From: Neoechinorhynchus agilis
Taxonomy: Eukaryota > Animalia > Acanthocephala
Length of the DNA: 64,000 nucleotides
Direction: 5' to 3'
Assembly: GCA_051530055.1 (NCBI GenBank)
Contig: CM121341.1
Coordinates: forward strand, 12,192,784-12,256,783
Part shown: positions 1 to 11,245 of the stretch, in pieces
Layout of the letters: each line of letters starts with the position of its first letter
Numbering within the stretch: the first letter of the stretch is position 1
Made by a program: the position numbers and the translations under genes
The notes under the pieces: model-generated
The model's database searches: none
What the model was told of the DNA's origin: nothing
The model's input: the letters and a program-made list of their open reading frames with translations, nothing else

Positions 1-26
1 GGGAAAAATCAATCATAAGGAAGTCG

Positions 27-1416
27 TTGCGTACCTGTACGTTGCCTGCAAACGGAAGCACAGACCGAGAAGTCTGTTCGAATTCTCCAAGGTTTGCGGG
101 ATACCACGAGCAGAACTTCATCAAAAGGTTTCTATCATCCTTGAGGCCTTGGGCAATAAATTTCCCTGTTCAAACGAAATGGATTATCTCAAAGAAGGTT
201 GCATTCGATTAAGACTGAACACCAAAATTGAGGAAAAAGTTCAAAGATGGAGGATCGAGCTTTCGAAATTTCCATTTCGAGATTCGATACCGACCTGGAC
301 AGTACAACATTTGTACTGATGCTATTTCCAGACTTGATTGCAAAGCCTTACAGATTGACGAACTGAAAAGGATACATGAGAAACTAGCACATCCTGGAAT
401 CACGAGACTTGTGCATTTCGTGAAAACGAGAAATCTACCTTATTCTACCTACGAAGTAAGAAAAGTGTGCCAGGAATGCACAGTGTGTTCCGAATTTTAA
501 GCCTTGCTTGCACAAACCAGAAAATCTACATCTCGTGAAAGCGGCGAAACCCTTCGAACGGCTGGTAGTCGATTTCAAAGGCCCACTGCCAAGTTCCTCA
601 ACCAATAGATACATCTCTCTGGCCGTAGACGAATACTCGCGATTTCCTTTCGCTTTTGCTCGTAAAGATACTACGAGTTATACGGTACAGAAGTGTCTGG
701 AACAACTGTTAATATTGTTCGGCATACCTCAATATCTTCACAGTGATAATGGATTCTGTTTTCGCTCAGAAGAGACAAGGAAATTCTATATCTATCTTGG
801 AATTCCCACGAGCTATACAACACCGTACAACCCGATAGGGAACCGGCAATGTGAATGATATGTAGGTGTACTCCGGAGGAACATCCTAATGCTACTCAGG
901 GAAAAGTCGCTCCCGGTTACAGAACGGGAATCTGTGTTGCCGTGTGCTTTATACTAGATCAGATCGTAACTTGGCACTTTGACAAATTCGACTCGGCATC
1001 AGCGACTATACATCCATTCTAGAAATCTAAGTTATACACAAAAGCTACCTTCCTGGTTATGTGGACCGAAACATGCGTGGTGCAAGAAGCCTATTTGTGA
1101 CTTCAAATATGATGACAAGGTGGAAAAGATAGAAGTGCTAAACGCCAATCATGGAAATGCGAGTATACGGGATGTACATGGCTTAATAATGAATGTTTCA
1201 AATAAGAGCCTCGCCCCTTATCCTGATCAAGAACAAGCGTCGAACAATGAAGCATCTTCAAAGGAGACATCAAGAATCACGCCTATCAATGAAGATGATG
1301 ATGAAGACGGTCTAAATAAAGAATCGAATTACATCACGCAAGGACTGACTCACGATCAGATCGACGAGATAACTAGAACACAATTCAAAAGAAATAGAAG
1401 ACCGCCCGATACCTAG
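27..1416 (+). mobile_element. Ty3/Gypsy LTR retrotransposon pol 3' half (RNase H end plus integrase), frameshifted
   Basis: RNase H end VQRWRIELS/FEIRYRPGQYNICTDAISR; integrase HHCC (HEKLAHPG..CQECTVC); core RLVVDFKGPLP, AVDEYSRFPFAF, YLHSDNG, YNPIGNRQCE; split over several frames. Confidence 0.88.
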
Positions 1417-1433
1417 TGGAAAGCTACGATTTC

Positions 1434-1537
1434 GGTGGGAGAGAATGACGCAAAAAGTCAATGTTAAAATAATCGATATGTGCGCATTGAACCCAGCATA
1501 TTAGGTTGCGTTATACTTTTCTACGCGAACATCGTTG
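1434..1537 (+). mobile_element. Possible polypurine tract and start of 3' LTR
   Basis: GGTGGGAGAGAA (1434-1445) followed by TG just after the integrase stop; no second LTR in the window to confirm it. Confidence 0.3.
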
Positions 1538-1941
1538 TAGCTTTTAAGGAACAGCGACTAATAGAATTTCCAAAATGAACGTCTTTTTGGTGTGGGCGTT
1601 TCGGTTAGAGTCGAGATGCTAAAAGAGCTATCCATCGGAATATAATGCCAAATATCACTCCGTCAGAAGTATTCAAAATATATTTGAAGTTTTAAAGGAT
1701 GTTAATTATATAGATACGCTCAATTCCGATTGGGTTTTAGTTGAATGTCGAAAATCCACTAGAAAGTAAGTCCGTTAGCAATAAGGCCTCCAATTGTAGA
1801 GGAAATTATAGAACTGATTAACTCTTCGCTGTTACACTCGCGTATCAATAAGGCAAATTATTTTCGAATAAAAGAAAACAAATTGCTTGCAATCCAATGA
1901 TTTAAGATTCTGTTCAAGATGTGAGTTATGCCGGGACGAAG

Positions 1942-2551
1942 TCAAGTAGAGATATGTGTGGAAATATTACTGAATTCACCAATAATGATAATATGTTCAA
2001 GACCAAGAGAGTGCAGATTTTCTACTTGTGAATCGATCTCCTGTGATGCCATCTGTAGATTGGCTGAGAGAGGACGATAGATACCGATAAATGTAAAATT
2101 TCGGCTGCCTGAGCGAAGTTTGAGAGAGAGCGTTGTGTGGATGTATTCTAAATATGGTGATTGGCAAGGAACTGAGGAGGAGCTCTCCGCAGGGAATGAA
2201 AATAGAGACTCCACCTCCTGTGTCATCGTCTTTGTACGTGTGTAAGGAAGTGTAGCCAAGAATTAAGGAGATGCCGGAATTGGAGGAGTGCAGCCATGTT
2301 TCCACAATTAACAAAAAGTCTGCGTTTGCAAAAGAGGCAAATGGCAAAACAGGATCTAGTTTAGGTAAAATACTTCTTTTGTTAGTGAAACGAACGGAGG
2401 AAAATGGTCGCTTGAAGGAACTTGAAAGGGGATGCAGTTTGCGAGAGTTGGCTGGTGGAAGAGTTCGATGGATACGTTTCTGAGCGGCTCTTGAGTTCCC
2501 GGTAATGTTTGATTCTGCTAACGTACGGCAAAGATTTTCGGAGGTATCCAA
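1942..2551 (-). mobile_element. APE endonuclease fragment of a CR1/L2-type LINE ORF2 (also 29521-30130)
   Basis: NKRSILPKLD, IVETWL, GGGVSIFI, IGIYRP, IIIIGEF motifs across two frames. Confidence 0.75.
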
Positions 2552-2618
2552 AAATTTACAGATGAATTCCGAAGGTATTTTTTGGCTGGTCTTAAGTAGA
2601 TATCAGGAGAGAGAAGAT

Positions 2619-3870
2619 TTGGCAAAATATTTGCAATAAAAGAAGAAAACCAAATGCTAATAATCGCATGACTTGGTCGCTATGACAACTTTTGATCAAT
2701 TTAATAAAATCAACCTTAGCTTTGAAAGTTTGGAAGAAGAAGCGACAAGTATAACTGCCCAAATTAATGCCTTTTCGGCGTGGTCGTCTTGGTTAAAACC
2801 GTGACGCGAAATGAGCGATTGCTGAAAAACATTGCCGAATGTCGCTCCGTCAGAAGTATTCAAATATATTTCAAGTTTTCAACTACACTAATTTAAAGCA
2901 GCTAACAATTGACTCCTACAGGTTTTAGTTCATTAGCGAATAACGAATCAGAGGAGATCGAAATCGTGATTGGAAGTTTTGAGTTTTATTAGGTAAGAAA
3001 ATGAGCGTTACTACTTCTCAAATATCTCTAAATTATATTATTTGCAAAGCAAATACATAACAATTTTAATGCTTTTAGTGCAAACCAAATGTTCGTCGAA
3101 GTATTCTCCTAAACATAGGATTTCTTGGGATGCCGTAAATGTGGTACACCCCCATTACATCGTTGGGTTATAGAAGGATTTCTCGGGATGCTGTAGTCTT
3201 TGTACAACCCAATCCTCAGTTGAAGGATTCTTTAAAACGAAGGATTTCTTGGGGCTTGAACGGTTAAATCGAACCTCGGATGCTATGCAAGCCTCTATTC
3301 AAAATGTCCACGCTAATTCGGAAAAGGGCGTAGACTCCATCTCGGACGTCACCGCAGGAAAATTTTATTTCTGACTAAAATTAAAAACAATTTCAGGTTT
3401 GAAACAATGGAGTCTGATTTTAACTATTCGGCAGCATAAATCTCCTAACTACTCAAAGAGATCATTGATAACACTAAATTTTCAACGATACAGAATTCCT
3501 CGAAAAGAAAATTAGTTGAAAAACGACGCATCCATTAATTTCCAAAAGAACACTCACGATCGTTGAGGCGCTAATACACTTCCACAATTCTTTGGGACGA
3601 ATGTAAAAATCAACCACCACCTCCGTAACCGCTCGATTCATCGGTCACAAAAAAAGAGCGATGCGAAAAACGTAAATGCAGCGATGTAAAGCAAACGACG
3701 ACTTGGAAGGCAAAAAAACGACAGAATTACAACTTTTTTTTGTTAATTTGGCGCGCGTTCAAATTTTTATCGTCATCTTTAATCGAAAAAATAAATTTGT
3801 GAAAAGTACTCATGTAATGTGCTTGGTCAGAGTGTTTTAAAATTAACATCAATTTTATTCTTTTCAAAAG
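2619..3870. repeat. Unclassified ~1.25-kb repeat module X (copies at ~13081-14348, ~30198-31449, ~47626-48893)
   Basis: Four near-identical copies, all ending TTCTTTTCAAAAGT; internal repeats of AGGATTTCTYGGG. Confidence 0.9.
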
Positions 3871-6800
3871 TGTCTGTTATTGTTTAGGTCGCATTTCGAA
3901 GAATGAGGGAGATCGTTAAAGACGAATGTATTTCGACCGATTGAGTCGGTCATTCTCAATTCAATCTAAAATAACATAGGGATTCGTCACAACACGTACA
4001 TGTGATTTTTTATTTGGACTTGGGACCCAGGAGAGCGCGAGCTTGTGATCCAATCGTTCGTTTTATCGTTTACTGCCTTCATATAGAAGCGAATCATTGT
4101 TTATTCTTAAATTTAAACTCAGTGACTGAATATATGAATTTTGTTGGTCTAATAATGCGATTAGAAAAAACCATCATTGAATCTTTTTTAACATCAAAAT
4201 GTTTGTTAAAGTACAAAACGTGCAATCACCACCGTCCGCAAAATTGGAGCTTCTCCCCTTCATCGGCTGTCGCTTTCACGCTAACAGCAGTGCCTCGTTG
4301 TACTGCGAGCGAGATATTTTGTCGCAGGAATACACCTGCTCGTGCGTCGCCCGTCGTTTCTCTCAATTTCTTCGAGATATCCTAGAGCAGGGTAAGTGCC
4401 GAGCTGCCAAGCGCTCCATACGTCTCTACTCCGATGGGGACAAAATAGTGGGCCTTTGCTAATTCTCTATATTTTCGTACCTTCCTGCCTTCCGCTGCAC
4501 TGGCTGCACCTCCAGGGATTTCGAGTTAGTAGGGAATGTTGCTTACTGCGAGGGTGTCCACAAACGTGGCGTCCCAGAGAAAACATTTGCTCACCCGCCA
4601 CGGAAAGACCGAAATGCCGTCAGGTCGACGACCGTCTAGCCGACAAAGATGGGCAGGATCCAAAATGTTGGGGAAGTTCGCCGTTCTCAACGCCCGAGAA
4701 ATTACGCTATTGATCTCAGAATGGCGTAAGAACCTTCCTCCTGACTTTCGGCAAACGAGACCGTGTCGCCCGAAAGCATCAACCAAAGACCCACATCGAC
4801 AGCGATGGGGTGTGCATATCGGGAGACCAAGTCTTAAGGACACTGCGATTCTCGTTACCTCATCAGTGAGAAGAGTTCCCACAGATGCCAAAGCAACAGC
4901 CTCCAACCACACCCCCGATTCTCGTGTCGAAACTGCTAACAATCTAGCTCGGACGACCCCATCGCGAGTACCTGAAAGTTGAGAGCTGTGAGCTCTCGCG
5001 ACGAGAGGTCTGTCCCAGATAGACTATCTGAAGCCATTCACGGGAACATGGTTAGCGCCTGTCTGCTTGCACCATTCTTCAACTGCCACCACAAAGTCTT
5101 GGTCAAGACAATACTTTCCCCTCAGAATTTTCTTTACAATTGGTTGACTCCCCTAATACGATCCAATAAAAGCGCCCTAATGTCCAATCCCCAAGATGAC
5201 ACAGGCATTGAAGCTTGTCGCCACGCCTCATCTGAGAGCTGGACATTTTAAATACGCTCGATACAAGCCTTCACCTTGCCGTCGAGCTTAGCCAATCCTT
5301 CCTTATGTTTGAAGAATGCTGCTGTTCGGGCCTTTTGTAATAATTTGGGGATAAAGAGTGCTTTCTTTATCAGAAATAACGCTTCTTGAACCGAGAGCGC
5401 GCTCACAGTATCGCACTCCAACGAAAGTTTTTGTTTGATACAGCGGATCTCATCTTCCACATTTGAATCAAAGACGCAACTACCCAGGAGGCTGAGTTGC
5501 TCTAGAGTCACGAGTTTCAGATCTGGAGCTACGGCCCGAACCCATCCATTAGCTCCTTTTCTTTGGCGGCATCTTCGATATTTAATAAAAGAATCTCACA
5601 CTTTCCAGGATTGAGCTCAATGCCCATTCTCGAAGTATCCCTAATCAGCGTCTCCAAATCGCGCAGTACAACGAAGGGATCATCTCCGAGCGTATCGTCA
5701 TGCAAGTACCAAGTGTTGAAGCTGGAATGGGGAGAGCGCGCTGTTGAATTTATTGTTAGGGTGAATGCGATTGGACCGAGAGGATCTCCTAGCTGCACTC
5801 CTCTTTTGACCCGTAAGCATTGAGAAAATACTGGAAGGCTTCTGGTGCGTGATCCCTAATTGTGCAGAACATGCTTTCTCTATTGAGAGAGTTAAAGGCA
5901 TTCTGAAAATCACACTTAAGAATCACGCATGGCTCTGAACTCCTCGTAGTAAAGTTTCGGAGCGTGTTGACAATAACTTGCGCCCCGCAGGATGTGCAGC
6001 AACCCAGTTGGACTGGGCGAAGTTGCTGCCCGGTTTTCTCTGTGATACGTTTACAGAGAATTTTTCCTGCAAGTCGGTTTATCGTCGAAGATACGGCGAT
6101 GGGTCGAGTCCCAATTTTTTTGAGGGCACATAATGATGCTCCGAAAAATAGGTTTTTTACAACGAGATTCAAATCCTCTCCAGTCAGGCGGTCGACTAAC
6201 CGAGATAGCGCATTTTTTAGGGAGAGTTGCTTCACCAGTTGTAAAGGACATCATGTCCTTAGGTGCTGAGACCTTAGCCCGTCAAGCCGATGACCCGAAC
6301 CATTTGCAAAAGATGATATGGCCTTTTTAATTCTGAAATTTGAGTGGGTGTCCTGTGTTGTATGGGAGGAGGTGGAATTTCAAAGCTACTACTGCATGGG
6401 TGTTTTGACCGGAGTATTTGTTGTGTCGCGTCGTCTCCTTGTGAAAAACTGTCAGATGATGACAATAACCGAACAGCCTCCCCGAACATCTCCGTTAACA
6501 AGCTTCGAAGAGACACGTTCAGTCTGGGATCGCTTTGAAAAACGGCAACGAAACCCTTCCTTCGTGCATCCCTTAAGAACCTCGCGAAATTTCATTTCGA
6601 AATTGTTAAATATCCGATCGAAGGAGGCCACTCTTTCTTTGATTGTTGATGTCAAAGACACCCCAGAATCATCACTGGTGCAAAGGACTAAGCGCGGGAA
6701 TGCGAAGAGCCGTGTCCATGATGGCGTACATTTTTTTTGGAGGCAATCGTTGAGCCCTTAAATGCTTTGGCGACCTGATATCGTGCGCCCTTTGGAATCC

Positions 6801-7491
6801 GTATCATGACGTTCCTGGGCAGTAACCGCACGATATCAGGTAATGAAATAGAGTCCGTGGTGATCTGAGAGGTCTTAGGAATAATCAGATCGGTTGATTG
6901 TGGTGGAGAACCAGACACCGCTACAGCGGAGATCCCGGAGACCATGGGCAAACAAAAACCCCAAATTGGTTAATTTAAAAGATTTACCGCAAACCGAACA
7001 CACCAGTAGAGACGCGTGGGAGCCTGGCAGCGTTGGTATTCTCAGGTTGAGCGCGATCGATAAGTGGCGCTTTCAAGGTGTCTACGTCATTGATTTGATG
7101 AATATAATTTAGGCCTGGTGTCCCGGTAGTCTTGGGCGTTTCCTTGGTCTTTTCACTTGGCTAATTTTGGACGGGCAAATTTCCGTCTTCATATTATTGT
7201 CTAGCGTCCAGGTTCCGGGCGAAGCGAGGAACGTGTCGTCCCCGAGCGAGGCGAGGTGACGGCATCGGTGCCGTCGGTGGTGGAGGCGTCGTCGGCGCTG
7301 GGGGCGGCATCAGTGTCGTCGGTGGCGGAGGCGGCATCGGTTTCGTCGATGGTGGAAAGCGACCATGACTATTCTCATTTTACAGCCTCCCTGAGTGTGT
7401 TTAGGCCGACAACCGGTCGGTTCAATTGGTCGAAATATATTCGTCCTTAACGATCCCCCTCGGGTGTCGACAAGCGACCTAAACAATGACA
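3871..7491 (-). mobile_element. CRE-like RLE non-LTR retrotransposon (family 1), near full length, frameshifted
   Basis: N-terminal CSVCGKSF..AHG..RC zinc finger; IRIPKGAR; TRPIAVS; ILKCDFQNAFNS; GDPLGP; WYLHD (degenerate YLDD); CRCGSLVDAFGRHGLVC knuckle; RRPDG..DAT..DT RLE; ends CGRW-TGA at 4228-4226. Confidence 0.9.
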
Positions 7492-7885
7492 TATCCCATT
7501 ACCCGGATGCAATCCTCAACCTCAAAAGTGTTCTGCAAACATGGCCGAAACCGCTGCCGAAGGACCATTAAGAGTCTTTCACCATTTTATGGGTCAGAAA
7601 TACTACAAACTTAGCCGAAGTCGCAAGCGTAATCAATTAATTTTTGACTGAACGAACAAATAATTACTTTTTCAATTGTCAATCAAGGAAAAACAAAATA
7701 ATTGACAGTATAAAGCGTACGCCGATTTCGTTATATATCCAACGGTACTGCTAACAATTATCGGCTGATTTCGCACGAGAACAGAAAACGACTGTATCCT
7801 GTTCGGCCGTTCGTGGTGCTTCAGCTTTTTCTTTGATGAATGCGAAAACATGTGAAATCCATAACGTTTTTACAATAAAGTCATT

Positions 7886-10800
7886 GATACATTCGCCGCT
7901 TACTCTTTTCGTGTCAATGTTTTCACAACCACAGAGTACTGTGGCGGAGGGTGGCAAACGGCCACCCACAAAGCTTCAATTCTCGTCTTCAAAAGACGAC
8001 ATGTTTGAGATTAGATACTATGATCGTCCTTTCAAAAAAGACAATTACGTATCTAAAATAACTGCTATCCCAATCTCAACCAAAGAGGCCACTTGGGGAC
8101 TTGTCCTAAACCATGGTTAAATACCAAAAAAGATAATATAATAAGAGTTAAATCTACGTCATTTTGGAACGGTACCTCGAAAATAGTCTTTACAAACAAA
8201 ATGGAAAAGGAGGACTGCGAAGCCTTCATAAAAGAACGTTTCGATGATCGGCATTTCAATCTACTATCCTTCAGAAACAAATAAACTTTCATTGCACACA
8301 ACGTCGAGAATTTATCCTCGCCTGAAACGATTAAAGAATTCGAGGAACAATTTCAGCTCAAGTTTAAATTCTTTTTTAAATCCAGGAAGACGGGAAAGAC
8401 GATTCCAGTGGGAGTAGTGGAAACCGACACTGACCATATGGATACTCTATGCTCACGCAAATGGATCTTTCAATGTATGGAGATTAGTTTCTCAAAAAAT
8501 TCCAATACAGATTCTAACCTCGTGTACCCACAATGTAATGTATGCTTAAAGTGGGGGCACTGGAATCAAAGCTGCCCCAATAAAATCCAAAAGTGCTGTT
8601 TCTGTGCCGAGGAACATCATATGTCAACATTCACTAATAAAACGAGTAAGTGTGCCAACTGTGGTGGATCTCACAGGAGCTACTATAAAGGTTGCCCGTG
8701 TTTTAAGGCTTATGTGGATGCCTGGAAGGCGGATATCGAAATGAAAAAAATCAGAGCAGTCAAAAGACAATCCTTTCATCACCGTCCTATCAGACAGGAA
8801 CGATTGCTACTACAAAGGATACAGTTCAACCAACCCAACCCATCTACAATGAAGGGGAGTTATTTCAATGAATCTTCGATAAAGTACTACACGAAGTAAT
8901 ACATAGCATATCGACACTCCTCAACAGCCTTCAGAATCAAATTGCACAGCAAATTCAAAGTATGCTTTCGATCACGATTCCGAAGACCATTATTAACCCG
9001 ACACCGAATAACGGGAACCAAGTACAATCAGGACTGAATAAGAGGCAAAGAATACCCGCCAAAGACAATAAAACAAGCGGCAGAAATTCACGACGCTCGA
9101 ACAATGTATCAAACAATAGACATATCACTAGCGACTCTGACGCTGCGATGGACGTTATAGAATGACAATGAGTGGGTCCTCGCCCGCGCCGCTCAATTTA
9201 CACTGCTTACAATGGAATTCGGGTGGAGCCGCGGCTCTAAACAGGTTAGATATTTTTAACTACGTTACCGAAGATATTATTTGTATACAAGAGGCCAAAA
9301 AGGCAGCAGTAGGTTTTTATGTTTTACCACAAAAGTTTACATTTGAATACGATGTATTCCCAGCATTTCCCTGGAATGCACATTCAAGTGGTCTCTTAAC
9401 AATTTTCAAAAAACACCTTTCAGCCTCGCTTATCCACAATTATATTAGTGAAAATCTATCATATGCTATCTTCAAAATTCACTCTAATGGGAAGGAGTTA
9501 ATGTTAGTTGGAAATGTTTATGTACGTCCGAAGTTCATAAATAAAAAAGATACGAAGGACATTATTAGTGACCTTCTAAGTTTAGGCAATATCGTTTTAT
9601 TTGGCGATTTTAATGACCCGTCAGGAAAATGGACGAAAGCAATAGTCAATAGAGAAAGCACTCATGTGTTTTTAACTCCCACCCAGCCCACATTTCACAG
9701 GGTATCAAGTAATGTTCATTCTTGGTTGGATGGATGCTATGCTCCTTCCAACAGACAGGAAAGCACTACGGTTGTGAAACAGTGTGCTTTATCGGAAGCA
9801 TGCTATCACGATATCATAACCTGGTATTTATCCAACGACAAGTCCCTAACTCGCAGATTCCGATTTTTCGCCAATTAATGTAGCCTTCTTTAACTTCGCC
9901 ATCAAAAGTTCTCTTTTCGTACATCGGAGTTTCTATGACTGGAATTCTTTACTTTTAAATCTTTCAAATAACTGTCTCTCGCCCCAATCATTCATCAAGA
10001 GGAGCAGTTTCCTCTAATTATCTGAGGTACTGCGCCTCTCAAATTAAAATAACCAATATAAACCAGGATGCCCCAATGCAGAGACTGTGGTCAAACAAAT
10101 ATTGGACCTGCAATTACAATCTACATTTGAAGCAGCATCGTAAAGTAATGAGGAATCTATCTTTTTCGATAAAATCCTTTTGGCGCATCCTAGAGAACAC
10201 GACATTTATCAAATGGAAAGACAAAGCGTTGAGGTGGATCAGGTCTGTATCCTATAAGATGGTATTGGATTTTATCACAAGGAAACTCTCTTTTGGAGCA
10301 ACAAATGATTTACCGTCTGATAATTGGTTAAACCTCCCATTACTCAGATCATTGAATGAAGGACATTTACGTGAGGAGGATATTTTAGAAGCCTGGAGTG
10401 GTACGACAACGTTTTCATCGAATAACGTAAGTGCCCCTAGTAAATGTCTAAGGTTTATAGAACCTTCAATTCGTCCTTTAATCGCTTCTTGCATGCTTAA
10501 AGCATCAAAGGAAGATTGGTTGCGTATTAATTTCGCACGAAGAATTTTTCGAAAATTTGGAGCATTAAGAAATTAAAAACACCCATTTTTCGTTTGATAA
10601 AAATCTCAAAAAAAGAAGCAAATATTGGGCCTATGCGGATAATTAATGTTTCTTAATTTTCAATAAAAAAAGGGAAAAGTTTATTAATCTTATTGGAGAT
10701 CTTATTAACTTAGATTGCATTAAAAGAGAGCAAATATCGCTGTAAATAGACAAAAAAAACCTTAATTATCCCCTTAACAAAGACGCCGGGTGTGAGAGCA

Positions 10801-11240
10801 AAACTCACTACGCTACTATGTGAAAATGATTTAATTAATGCTTGCTCTATTAAAAACTGTTCCAGGGTCTTAGGGATCAACTTTCCGGCTAGCAGCAAAA
10901 GAACGATTCTAAACTCCAATCTGGCCTCCTTTTTATAATCAAAAGACGGCGCTGGAGATCAATTAGACTTAACATGCCACATTAAAATCATCTACCTATC
11001 TTTAAAACCCTTTTGGGCGGTTCTTTCTGTTTTTTTGGCAGAGGTGGACCACCGAATATTAGGCTAACTTTTGCCAAAAAATTTATTAAAAAAGTAAATT
11101 ATATCTATAGTAACAAACGTAGAACCATTTGTAATAAAACTTTTAGTGTGAAAGAGCGATTGGAGTCTTTCCTATGGAAAAAAATTTTTAATTTTAAACT
11201 AACTGAGTTTCTTAACACCTGTAAGCCTAATCCTTCTAGG
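7886..11240 (+). mobile_element. APE-type LINE family A (I/Jockey-like architecture), degenerate
   Basis: ORF1 from ATG 7917 with three knuckles (CNVCLKWGHWNQSC, CCFCAEEH, CANCGGSH); ORF2 APE at 9162 (LQWNSGG, ICIQE, GNVY, GDFND, WLD, YHD); RT region decayed or deleted. Confidence 0.85.
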
Positions 11241-11245
11241 GCCTA

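Larger units (their letters stand above)
1679..5290. repeat. Segmental duplication, copy 1 (copy 2 at 29258-32869, offset 27579)
   Basis: Near-identical sequence and ORFs (1942/29521, 4002/31581, 4526/32105); the copies diverge after GTCGAGCTTA. Confidence 0.95.

Noticed and set aside
3900-3930. Twister ribozyme (GAGGG..TAA)
   Set aside because: No P4 loop with the required CCC/AAGC and P2 pairing fails in one copy.
4002-4385. Recurrent MIFYLD.. ORF (also 14480, 31581, 61518, 62217) and similar plus/minus shadow ORFs
   Set aside because: These are antisense readings of the CRE 3' end and UTR; their C-termini change with each junction.
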